Source of the DNA: a virus
DNA length: 38,904 nucleotides
IMG/VR virus record: IMGVR_UViG_3300030330_005386
Coordinates: 1-38,904 of that record
Strand: one strand, 5' to 3'
The position numbers were made by a program, and so were the translations under genes. The number at the start of each line of letters is the position of its first letter. Position 1 is the stretch's first letter. Shown here piece after piece: positions 27,531 to 34,926 of this stretch. The notes beneath the pieces were generated by a model, which made no database searches, had not been told where the DNA came from, and saw only the letters and a list, made by a program, of their open reading frames with translations.

Positions 27531-28471
27531 CTCTCTGCCAGTTTCTGGAAGTAGGAGAGTGCATCGTCTTCATCATCATCCTTAGATGCAACTGGGGTAG
27601 ATGCAGTGATGTCAGGAGAGTTGAAGTCAGGCTTAGAGCGTGACAGAGACTCTTGAATCTGACGCTCTGCAGATTCTTTTGCTGCATAGTCATCATACTC
27701 AGTCTCTTCATCAGCAGGAGAAGGAGTACGAGACTTCTGTCCCAGGACATACTTGAGACGACGCTCAAGATCTTCATAGGACTTGAACTGATCTTCAGCA
27801 GTCAGTCCAGCAAGAGAGTATTGCTTCTTCCAGATTGCTTCCATAGCATCATCATCGCTCAGCAGAGGAGCAGGTGCTTCAAACTCAGACTTATCATAGT
27901 TCCAGTAACCATCCTTCTTGACAATCTTCAGTTTGAAGTTTGCACCTTGCCAAAAGTCAAAAGGATTGATGGGAGTTTCATCTTCAAACTCAGGTTGCAT
28001 TGCTTCCATGATCTTGTCAAAGATCTTCTTACCGAACTTGTAGAGGAAGACACTACCTTCGTTGTGAGGATTGGTAGGATCTTTCACAACATAGACGTTT
28101 GCATAGTAAGACAGTTTACGCTTCTGCTTACGAACAACATCTTTGTTAGATTCAATACCGCTGTTCCACAGTTCGCGGTTGTGCTCTGACACAGGATCTT
28201 TCTGCCCCAGCGTTGTCAGAGAGTTCTCGATGTACCAACCACCAGGGCCTTGGAAGGCGTGGGAATACATCTTTGCCCAAGGGAGATCTTCTCCTTCAGG
28301 GGCAGGGAGGAAACGGAGTACAGCGAAACCGTTACCAACTTTATCGACTTCGGGTTTCCAAAGACGATCATCGCCTCCACTAGCGGTGTTGTTCATCTTC
28401 TCAACTTCCTTGACAAGTTTGGAAGTCAGAGAACCGATAGAGGATTGCTTTTTGAGATCAGAAAAGGACAT
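27527..28471 (-). CDS. 32: gp32-like single-stranded DNA-binding protein (314 aa)
   Basis: RLWKPEVDKVGNGFAVLRFLPAPEGEDLPWAKMYSHAFQGPGGWYIENSLTT core and acidic C-terminal tail. Confidence 0.92.
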   Translation of the reverse strand: MSFSDLKKQSSIGSLTSKLVKEVEKMNNTASGGDDRLWKPEVDKVGNGFAVLRFLPAPEGEDLPWAKMYSHAFQGPGGWYIENSLTTLGQKDPVSEHNRELWNSGIESNKDVVRKQKRKLSYYANVYVVKDPTNPHNEGSVFLYKFGKKIFDKIMEAMQPEFEDETPINPFDFWQGANFKLKIVKKDGYWNYDKSEFEAPAPLLSDDDAMEAIWKKQYSLAGLTAEDQFKSYEDLERRLKYVLGQKSRTPSPADEETEYDDYAAKESAERQIQESLSRSKPDFNSPDITASTPVASKDDDEDDALSYFQKLAES

Positions 28472-28515
28472 TGTTCTTGTATTAGTGGGATTTGGCTTTT
28501 GGGTACTTCGTTATT

Positions 28516-28860
28516 CTACACGTCCGAACCCTGGGTGTCAATCTGCTGCTTCATGGCGTCGAGCATCTTTCCCATATTAGAAAAGATGACACTGATGTCA
28601 ACGTCTTTCGGCAGCCCCATCATTGTAGCAGATTCTACGATGCGAGATTTCATCATCTTGGCTTCGGGATCATCAGACAAACTCAATCTCGTATAGAGAA
28701 TCTTTTGCTTGTCCAGCAGTTTCTCTAGAAGCGCAACATGGAATTTCTTCTCCTCTTTATTCATGGAGGGGAATTTAAAAACATTACTGTAAACTTCTTC
28801 CTGAAGTTCTTGAATCTCCGTCATTTCTGCACGGACAACTTCGGAATCAAAAAAACTCAT
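28516..28860 (-). CDS. Conserved-type hypothetical protein (114 aa) between gp32 and gp59
   Basis: MSFFDSEVVRAEMTEIQELQEEVYSNVFKFPSMNKEEKKFHVALLEKLLDKQKILYTRLSLSD...; operonic position. Confidence 0.75.
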   Translation of the reverse strand: MSFFDSEVVRAEMTEIQELQEEVYSNVFKFPSMNKEEKKFHVALLEKLLDKQKILYTRLSLSDDPEAKMMKSRIVESATMMGLPKDVDISVIFSNMGKMLDAMKQQIDTQGSDV

Positions 28861-29456
28861 GCTTCTCCTAAAACTACTTCCTTAAGTATTTTTTTGTAAC
28901 GAAATACATCAATATTTAGGAAGGGTGTATACTTTCTTATTTTCAAACTTACGGATGTCCACACTGGATCAGTAAGTTGTTTGTCCCAGTTCGTTTTATA
29001 ACCAAGGATAAGATTCAAGATCACCATGGTTTCGATGGACACATTACCTCTCAGATATTCTTTGAGAATTTGTGGGTGTCTCGATCCATCCAAGGCAAAC
29101 ATTGAATCAAAGTTATTGTCACCAAATACTTTATCAGTCTCTTCCTTAAACAAATAGGATAGAGACTGAGTACGTTTTTTCCATGACATGTATCTATCTT
29201 CACCCTCTCGGATCATCTCTCCGATCCAAAGTTTTGCTGGATCAGTACAGTCGATGAAGTTAGATACAAAAAATTCGATTACTTCTTTGTCTGATTTGTT
29301 TCTAGCAAGTTTCTCAAACCAGAAGCGATCCTTTCGTTTGTAAAACGATTTTACTGTAGCACGACTCTTACCACAGTACTTATGATAATCATACTTCTCT
29401 TTAGTAAAGTGATTCTTTAAAGAGAGGTATGATTTATAGGCATCAAACGGCATCAC
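28857..29456 (-). CDS. 59: gp59-like helicase loader (199 aa)
   Basis: MMPFDAYKSYLSLKNHFTKEKYDYHKYCGKSRATVKSFYKRKDRFWFEKLARN, typical of gp59; adjacent to gp32. Confidence 0.85.
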   Translation of the reverse strand: MMPFDAYKSYLSLKNHFTKEKYDYHKYCGKSRATVKSFYKRKDRFWFEKLARNKSDKEVIEFFVSNFIDCTDPAKLWIGEMIREGEDRYMSWKKRTQSLSYLFKEETDKVFGDNNFDSMFALDGSRHPQILKEYLRGNVSIETMVILNLILGYKTNWDKQLTDPVWTSVSLKIRKYTPFLNIDVFRYKKILKEVVLGEA

Positions 29457-30036
29457 GTTTATTAATATTGAAGGCCAGAGTAATTCTTTCTTTAGATGAT
29501 GTCTGTTCTTTTACATGGTGCCAAACATGACTAGGGAACATAATCATAGTTCCATTTTCGCCTTTATAAGAACAGTTATATTCATCAAAGTGAACTGGAT
29601 GATTATGATTCTGATAGTATATCACACCCGAAAGTAATCCACCATGAAAATGAGATGGATTATCATCACCCTTATAAGAAAAGTTTGTCCAGATATCATA
29701 CCCATCAAAATGTCCATCCCATTTTCTCAACTTAAAGTCGCGATGGTGGGCACCCATTCCCCAATACTTTGAAGTAAGTCTCATAACCCATGCCAACCAA
29801 AACGATTGCTCAATAAGATGTGGTGAGATAGAACACTGATATGAGTTATGTTTCTTACCATCTTTGGCAAGATACCCATAATTCTCATGTGCTTTAAGTT
29901 CTGATAGAGGATGATTTTTAAATCTTTTACTTTCTTTTACCCAAAGATCAATCTCTTTTATGATAGGTTTGGGTATACGAATCACCATCACAGGACATCC
30001 ATCCTGCAATTTTTTCATTTCTAAAATGCCATTCAT
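29443..30036 (-). CDS. 2OG-Fe(II) oxygenase-like protein (197 aa)
   Basis: DNPSHFHGGLLSGVIYYQNHNHPVHF...TMIMFPSHVWHHVKEQTSSKERITLAFN carries the H-x-H...H...R pattern of phage 2OG-Fe(II) oxygenases. Confidence 0.8.
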   Translation of the reverse strand: MNGILEMKKLQDGCPVMVIRIPKPIIKEIDLWVKESKRFKNHPLSELKAHENYGYLAKDGKKHNSYQCSISPHLIEQSFWLAWVMRLTSKYWGMGAHHRDFKLRKWDGHFDGYDIWTNFSYKGDDNPSHFHGGLLSGVIYYQNHNHPVHFDEYNCSYKGENGTMIMFPSHVWHHVKEQTSSKERITLAFNINKRDAV

Positions 30037-30037
30037 G

Positions 30038-30322
30038 TCAAAGAGGTAGTTTCGCTCGGGAGGTTCTCTTCAAAAAGTTTAACTCCATTGCTTCATATTT
30101 CAACTTCTCTTTCAGAGGTTTTGAAATCAGTTTGGGTACGGACTCCACGTCAATTGAGTTCATCTCACAGAAATGAACAATCGCATCAATATAACTCATG
30201 TCCTCATTGTCAAGGACAAGTTTCTCAATATCCTGCGCGAACTTTGACGGGCAGAAGAATTTCTTTTCTAGTGCTTTCTCTAGTTCATTCTCCATTCTCT
30301 GTCCTAGTATTGTGATGTACAA
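30038..30322 (-). CDS. 33: gp33-like late transcription coactivator (94 aa)
   Basis: IEKLVLDNEDMSYIDAIVHFCEMNSIDVESVPKLISKPLKEKLKYEAMELNFL resembles the T4 gp33 segment (FGMSYLEATTAFLEENSIPETQFAKFI...KIQSEAIDENLL). Confidence 0.75.
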   Translation of the reverse strand: MYITILGQRMENELEKALEKKFFCPSKFAQDIEKLVLDNEDMSYIDAIVHFCEMNSIDVESVPKLISKPLKEKLKYEAMELNFLKRTSRAKLPL

Positions 30323-30968
30323 ATTCCTTGATGTAACGAACTAGAAGCTTAATATAATCGTCTTTGTTCCGTTTGTCAAACACCTTGACTTCGCCACCAG
30401 GAGTTACCATGAGAGTAATTAGTTTTTTAACTGGAATACCAGTCATCTCATAGTAGGCACATGCATAAAATGTTTCTTGGACAAAGTAGTTCTCCAACCA
30501 CTTCTCAGGTTTAATCTTTTCAGATGTCTTAAAATCTATGACTGCTAGTTCTCCTTCGTACTCACCGATGCAGTCTACTCTACCTGCCAACCCAAGGTAC
30601 TCTGAATATAGAGTTCTTTCAATAGCATGTACGTTATTTATCTTATCCAGATATGGCTTGGCATGATGAAACATAAACTGTGTCATAGGACGAAACTCAT
30701 CCCAGTTCAGTTGTAGATTCATTAGGTATGCTTGTGCTGCTTCGTGGAAATCAGTTCCCCGTGCAGTTGCTTTCTTGGTGATGCGATTTGCTTCTTCAAT
30801 ACCAACTCGCTTCCTCCACTTTGCGAAGATCTCTCTGTTATAGAAAGATGTCACAGAAGTAATAGAGGGCACCCACTGTCCATCAGGAAGATTGTAGAAG
30901 CGGATACCCTGTGTTTCTTTTTTGTTTAGTTCAATGTCACCTAGAAAATTATGATGAGTGAAGTTCAT
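30285..30968 (-). CDS. PD-(D/E)XK (RecB/Cas4/MGME1-like) exonuclease (227 aa)
   Basis: TARGTDFHEAAQAYL...VHAIERTLYSEYLGLAGRVDCIGEYEGELAVIDFKTSEKIKPEKWLENYFVQETFYACAYYEMTG. Confidence 0.85.
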   Translation of the reverse strand: MNFTHHNFLGDIELNKKETQGIRFYNLPDGQWVPSITSVTSFYNREIFAKWRKRVGIEEANRITKKATARGTDFHEAAQAYLMNLQLNWDEFRPMTQFMFHHAKPYLDKINNVHAIERTLYSEYLGLAGRVDCIGEYEGELAVIDFKTSEKIKPEKWLENYFVQETFYACAYYEMTGIPVKKLITLMVTPGGEVKVFDKRNKDDYIKLLVRYIKEFVHHNTRTENGE

Positions 30969-31717
30969 AGATTAAGATCTGTTTTCGCAAGCAAGTATTC
31001 TTTACAGAGTCCAGAACGGACAATATCTTCAACACCAAATTCAATGATGTCAACGGATGGCATTACTCTGAGAATTTTCATGAAATCAGCGATTCCATTT
31101 CTTTCATTCTGTTTAACCAAGTCAGTCTGAGTAGCGTCACCACAGAACATGATCTTAGTATCTTCACCAACCCTAGTAATAATACTATCAAGTTCGTGGA
31201 AGTTCAAGTTCTGATACTCATCAACAATGATGATTGCTTTATCAAGAGTTGTACCTCGAATGAATGAGGTGCTCCAGAAACTAATAGTGCCCTGAGTCTT
31301 CAGATTACCATATAGCATTTCAAAGTCTGTCTCTGTTGGAAGAGAGAACATATACTTTACCATATTCTTATAAGGAATCTGGTAGATGTCAGACTTATCT
31401 TCATGATCTCCAGGGAGGAAACCAATCTCTCTGGTAGCTACAAGTGAACGAACGATGTAAATCTTTTCGTAAGGAGATCTTTCATCCAATACATCTCTCA
31501 ATGCATTATAAAGAGTAATGAAAGTTTTACCTGTTCCTGCTGCACCATACGCGACTAGATTTTTATCATTGGCGTATGCATCAAATAGTTTTTCTTGATT
31601 TTCAGTGAGGGGATCAATGTCCCTCATCAGTTCAGTATTAATTGGTTTGCGGCGTTTCATCTGCTTAGCAGTTAAACCGACACCAATAGGTTGATCTCTT
31701 TTTCTTTTGGCAGGCAT
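30965..31717 (-). CDS. phoH: PhoH-like P-loop ATPase (250 aa)
   Basis: LVAYGAAGTGKTFITLYNALRDVL...YEKIYIVRSLV...AIIIVDEYQNLNFHELDSIITRVGEDTKIMFCGDATQTD. Confidence 0.95.
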   Translation of the reverse strand: MPAKRKRDQPIGVGLTAKQMKRRKPINTELMRDIDPLTENQEKLFDAYANDKNLVAYGAAGTGKTFITLYNALRDVLDERSPYEKIYIVRSLVATREIGFLPGDHEDKSDIYQIPYKNMVKYMFSLPTETDFEMLYGNLKTQGTISFWSTSFIRGTTLDKAIIIVDEYQNLNFHELDSIITRVGEDTKIMFCGDATQTDLVKQNERNGIADFMKILRVMPSVDIIEFGVEDIVRSGLCKEYLLAKTDLNL

Positions 31718-31720
31718 AGA

Positions 31721-31969
31721 TTAAACAGGCTTGACGTTGGAACCGGGATACTTGGATGCACGATGCAAAACATCGTTCCACCCAGGATGAGACTTTTTGA
31801 GTTTGTCGTAAACTTCTCCAATCTCAGCGCAACTAGGTGCGGTGGTTGGATCACTCCAGTCTCTTTGCCATTCAGGATTGTCTTCTAACCACTGATCCCA
31901 TTCATGAACGCTAAGTTTGACATCCTTTTGTTCACCAGTTTCCTTATTAATAACAGGGTATGTAGCCAT
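31721..31969 (-). CDS. Hypothetical protein (82 aa)
   Basis: MATYPVINKETGEQKDVKLSVHEWDQWLEDNPEWQRDWSDPTTAPSCAEIGEVYDKLKKSHPGWNDVLHRASKYPGSNVKPV; FmdB-like sequence lacking the N-terminal zinc ribbon is possible. Confidence 0.75.
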   Translation of the reverse strand: MATYPVINKETGEQKDVKLSVHEWDQWLEDNPEWQRDWSDPTTAPSCAEIGEVYDKLKKSHPGWNDVLHRASKYPGSNVKPV

Positions 31970-31997
31970 AGAAATTAACTTACGATGTAATATTTAT

Positions 31998-32633
31998 TCA
32001 CCACTCTAGTGCTTCAGCAATAGAAGGGAATTGTTCTTTGAATACACGCTTGGCATCATTAGCAATGTCCATGTGCTCCTTCTGTGTGCCATTAGCAGAG
32101 CGCAGATCGATATAATGGATCCACGACCTAATAGATCCCGTCATGTAGAGTCTTGTGGGCACGGCGAGGGGAAGCACAAAACGCGAACACTCCTTTGCGA
32201 TTCCCTCACGGATCAGTTCGTTGTAGAGATCCATACCTTCATTGAAGTATGCTTCAATACGTTGCTGCAAGAACTTAGTTTTCTCAGGATCAACATCATC
32301 GATAGAGTTCTGACGATTCTTTTCATCCTGACGACGCAGTTCAGGAATTGGAATACCAGCATCCAACCAGTTGACATCAGCATACCGTTGGGAAAACTCT
32401 TGATATGTGAAACTACGGTGACGCAGCACTTGAGCCGCAATTCCTCTGGTAGTATTCAATTCAAGAGTCATGAACGCTTGTTCAAAGATACTCCAGTGTT
32501 GATGCTTGATACAATACTTCAGCAGTCCAGAAAACTTTTCGTTTTCCTGATTTTGTGGATTGCTTACGCGAGCACAATAGGCAATGTGTTTCTCCGCGTC
32601 AGGAGTTACACTGATCAGTTTTACGTCGTTCAC
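31998..32633 (-). CDS. thyX: FAD-dependent thymidylate synthase ThyX, GTG start
   Basis: ThyX signature RHRSFTYQEFSQRYA plus YMTGSIRSWIHYIDLRSANGTQKEHMDIA; + strand cac at 32631-32633 gives a GTG start. Confidence 0.97.
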   Translation of the reverse strand: MNDVKLISVTPDAEKHIAYCARVSNPQNQENEKFSGLLKYCIKHQHWSIFEQAFMTLELNTTRGIAAQVLRHRSFTYQEFSQRYADVNWLDAGIPIPELRRQDEKNRQNSIDDVDPEKTKFLQQRIEAYFNEGMDLYNELIREGIAKECSRFVLPLAVPTRLYMTGSIRSWIHYIDLRSANGTQKEHMDIANDAKRVFKEQFPSIAEALEW

Positions 32634-32757
32634 TTAGTTTTAGTTCTTTCTTTACAAGTTTAGCATACATCACATCCTCTTGGGAATACCACTCAGGATG
32701 CTTCTTTGCTCGTTTAATGATTTTCTTTGCTGCCTTTTTGAGAGATAATTCTTCCAT
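32599..32757 (-). CDS. Small lysine-rich hypothetical protein (52 aa), below the ORF-track cutoff
   Basis: MEELSLKKAAKKIIKRAKKHPEWYSQEDVMYAKLVKKELKLSERRKTDQCNS*; overlaps the thyX start, fills the gap between thyX and the 32763 ORF. Confidence 0.55.
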   Translation of the reverse strand: MEELSLKKAAKKIIKRAKKHPEWYSQEDVMYAKLVKKELKLSERRKTDQCNS

Positions 32758-32762
32758 AGAAG

Positions 32763-32939
32763 TTAATCGGGGTAACCATCATCGTCTTCAAAAATTTCAT
32801 CGTAATCAGTTATTGCTGCGCTACTACCTTCGCTATTATATTTAGACACATCAGAATATACTTCAGATTCCAAAACATCTACCAAAGATTTAAGGTTACG
32901 GACAATGAGTTTGAGTCGTTCCTGTTGTTCTGCTTCCAT
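32763..32939 (-). CDS. Small acidic hypothetical protein; start re-placed to MEAEQQ at 32939
   Basis: The track ORF start (32990) lies upstream of a terminator hairpin; MEAEQQERLKLIVRNLKSLVDVLESEVYSD... begins just after the U-tract. Confidence 0.6.
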   Translation of the reverse strand: MEAEQQERLKLIVRNLKSLVDVLESEVYSDVSKYNSEGSSAAITDYDEIFEDDDGYPD

Positions 32940-32962
32940 AAAAAAAGGGGGCATATGCCCCC
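32940..32962 (-). terminator. Rho-independent terminator
   Basis: Minus strand GGGGGC-ATAT-GCCCCC followed by TTTTTTT. Confidence 0.85.
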
Positions 32963-32990
32963 AGTATATCATATTTGATTTGTAAGTCAA

Positions 32991-33158
32991 TCACTTGAAG
33001 TAGGTTTGTCCGCGATAAGTAAACTTACCGTGAACTTCCTGTACAGGTGCAGCGAACTTCTTAGTCACAATACCACGATAGGCAGTGTGATTAATTTGAG
33101 CGTCGTGCAGGGCAGATGCTTTATCGATCTGCTTCTTGATCATGTTGAGTGTGTTCAT
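32991..33158 (-). CDS. Small conserved-type hypothetical protein (55 aa), below the ORF-track cutoff
   Basis: MNTLNMIKKQIDKASALHDAQINHTAYRGIVTKKFAAPVQEVHGKFTYRGQTYFK* with AGGAG upstream of the ATG and a terminator downstream; YRG.. motifs recall DUF4278-type proteins. Confidence 0.75.
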   Translation of the reverse strand: MNTLNMIKKQIDKASALHDAQINHTAYRGIVTKKFAAPVQEVHGKFTYRGQTYFK

Positions 33159-33200
33159 AGTAGTACTCCTAAAGTAGTGGATTTTTAGGCCCGTTCCTTT

Positions 33201-33248
33201 AGTCGTTTGCGTCCGTCCGAAGACGGATGAACGATCCGTTCCGCGACT
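33201..33248 (-). ncRNA. Candidate structured 5'-leader/three-way-junction RNA
   Basis: Outer stem AGTCG/CGACT enclosing GAACG-GAT-CGTTC and TCCGTC-TTCG-GACGGA hairpins, upstream of the 33158 ORF. Confidence 0.35.
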
Positions 33249-33337
33249 TACTTGCGTCCAGTTTCCTGGATGAACGTAGGGTTATTATACCCTTCATAGA
33301 TTATATAGTCAAGTAATTTTGTAATTTGTGATACAGT

Positions 33338-33574
33338 TTATACAAACATCCCGGTATCAGACATGTACTTGAGAGTCTCTTTCAAATTACCACGATGATT
33401 CAAACCAATAGCAACCTGAGGGTACTCTGCTTCACTACCAAACTCTGCACGAAACTGTCTATCACTAAAGTCTGCACCAAGTACGAACTCTCTCACCTCT
33501 TGTCCACATGCCTCAAGAACCATCTTGGCTCTTTCAGATTCTTGACTACCATTACTATAAACAAGTGCTTGCAT
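33338..33574 (-). CDS. Glutaredoxin/thioredoxin-fold protein lacking catalytic cysteines (78 aa)
   Basis: VYSNGSQESERAKMVLEACGQEVREFVLGADFSDRQFRAEFGSEAEYPQVAIG...GNLKETLKYM aligns by eye to the 36112 glutaredoxin. Confidence 0.7.
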   Translation of the reverse strand: MQALVYSNGSQESERAKMVLEACGQEVREFVLGADFSDRQFRAEFGSEAEYPQVAIGLNHRGNLKETLKYMSDTGMFV

Positions 33575-33888
33575 TAGTCTCTTTGCCTCCAGTCATCAGG
33601 TTTATCTCTTTGAAACCAATCTACAATTTCATCTGCACTATCAAATCCCGTTTTATGATTGGATGGATCGGGATCGCCTAGTCCCATCCTATTCATAAAA
33701 TCCTCAACACTTCCCTCTTCAATATCCTGGGATGCTTGACGACGTGCCTGTTGCAACCAATCTCTAGCAAGAGTATGTGCTTTGGCAAGTTTCTCTGCCC
33801 AGATCATATCCTCTAGAGGAACTTGTTCCTTATTAGCGATGCAACGACAGATAGACTCCAAACGAAGTCGATACGCGGTAGAAAGCAT
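33574..33888 (-). CDS. Hypothetical protein (104 aa)
   Basis: Tightly packed ORF, MLSTAYRLRLESICRCIANKEQVPLEDMIWAEKLAKAHTLARDWLQQARRQ.... Confidence 0.75.
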   Translation of the reverse strand: MLSTAYRLRLESICRCIANKEQVPLEDMIWAEKLAKAHTLARDWLQQARRQASQDIEEGSVEDFMNRMGLGDPDPSNHKTGFDSADEIVDWFQRDKPDDWRQRD

Positions 33889-33889
33889 T

Positions 33890-34087
33890 TTAGTTCCGTT
33901 TGAGTTTGTCTTTTAGATCAAGAACCTTATTCACCTCATCGACAGCAGCAGACATCCTATCACCTAGGATATCCATGATATCTTCGTAGATTATTTCATT
34001 ATCCACGTAGTCATCGAAGTATGTGTCGATTGCCTCTTTGAGATACCTCTTTCGATGCCACTCAGGAGAATAAGGTTTGTAAGTCAT
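33890..34087 (-). CDS. Hypothetical protein (65 aa)
   Basis: MTYKPYSPEWHRKRYLKEAIDTYFDDYVDNEIIYEDIMDILGDRMSAAVDEVNKVLDLKDKLKRN. Confidence 0.7.
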   Translation of the reverse strand: MTYKPYSPEWHRKRYLKEAIDTYFDDYVDNEIIYEDIMDILGDRMSAAVDEVNKVLDLKDKLKRN

Positions 34088-34112
34088 GATAAAATCATAT
34101 GTGGATATTTAG

Positions 34113-34442
34113 TTACCGTTCAATGTAACTAAGGCTATGATGATCTGATTTTAACTGATGAATGATAATATCGCAACCCACCTTAGGTTCTGCGTCACCA
34201 CATGTAAATATATCTACTGCTGCTTCTCCTTTCTCAGGCCAAGTATGAATACTAATATGACTCTCAGCAAGAAGACAAACAGCAGTCACGCCGTATGGTT
34301 CAAACTTTTTTGAGATAGTTTGAACTACTGTTGAACCACTTGCTTCCGCAGCAATCTCCAACAATTCTCTTAGATACGTTTCATTATTCAGATTCTCAAA
34401 CTTACATCCATAAAGATTGAGGAGATAGTGCTTACCCATCAT
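34113..34442 (-). CDS. speD: S-adenosylmethionine decarboxylase proenzyme
   Basis: GKHYLLNLYGC..., LLAESHISIHTWPEKGEAAVDIFTCGD, the canonical prokaryotic SpeD motifs including the self-cleavage Ser-His region. Confidence 0.95.
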   Translation of the reverse strand: MMGKHYLLNLYGCKFENLNNETYLRELLEIAAEASGSTVVQTISKKFEPYGVTAVCLLAESHISIHTWPEKGEAAVDIFTCGDAEPKVGCDIIIHQLKSDHHSLSYIER

Positions 34443-34657
34443 TCTATTGCTTCTGAATCGATACCATATTCATCTACGAGACGATCAACTGCTGTTTTAA
34501 TATCAGAAAGTTTGCATACCTCAGCGATATTTGATTTTTGAAATTTCTTTAATTTTTTATATTTTTTGATGAGTTTACTAACTTCATCAGTGTCGATTTC
34601 AAATCTAACGTTTCCATCTTTCTGCGGATCGTTAGTAAACCCTTTAAATCCGCTCAT
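34439..34657 (-). CDS. Hypothetical protein (72 aa)
   Basis: Overlaps speD start by 4 nt; MSGFKGFTNDPQKDGNVRFEIDTDEVSKLIKKYKKLKKFQ.... Confidence 0.7.
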   Translation of the reverse strand: MSGFKGFTNDPQKDGNVRFEIDTDEVSKLIKKYKKLKKFQKSNIAEVCKLSDIKTAVDRLVDEYGIDSEAIE

Positions 34658-34926
34658 GATTTTTTCTTCTTATCTTTTGGTGCAGGGTTACCCCAGAGTT
34701 TAGGACTAACCCTGCCTTCAGATTGTTGCATGGTAACAAAATTTTCTTTGTACTTGTCATAATAAGCATCAAAGATACTTGCTTGCTTTGTATCCATCAC
34801 TAGATCATAGTGCTCTACACCATCCTCTTTATATGTGACAAGATAGCAATTGTTAGGAAGATCCGTCGTATTATCTACGATCGGATCACAATCTTGTTTA
34901 ATAACCTTCAACTGCGTCCACCCCAT
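34654..34926 (-). CDS. Hypothetical protein (90 aa)
   Basis: 4-nt overlap with the next gene; MGWTQLKVIKQDCDPIVDNTTDLPNNCYLVTYKEDGVEHYDLVM. Confidence 0.75.
   Translation of the reverse strand: MGWTQLKVIKQDCDPIVDNTTDLPNNCYLVTYKEDGVEHYDLVMDTKQASIFDAYYDKYKENFVTMQQSEGRVSPKLWGNPAPKDKKKKS

Noticed and set aside
27653-28728. Plus-strand ORFs opposite gp32 and the 114-aa gene (178, 145, 148 and 78 aa)
   Set aside because: Mutually overlapping and antisense to gp32, whose identity is clear; no RBS or family signature seen.
31721-31969. FmdB-like zinc ribbon protein
   Set aside because: Only the C-terminal portion is suggestive (TTAPSCAEIGEVYDKLKKSHPGWNDVLHRASKYPGSNVK); the expected CxxC pairs are absent, so called hypothetical.
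32031-32663. 210-aa plus-strand ORF overlapping thyX
   Set aside because: thyX carries an intact signature on the minus strand; the antisense frame has no recognisable features.
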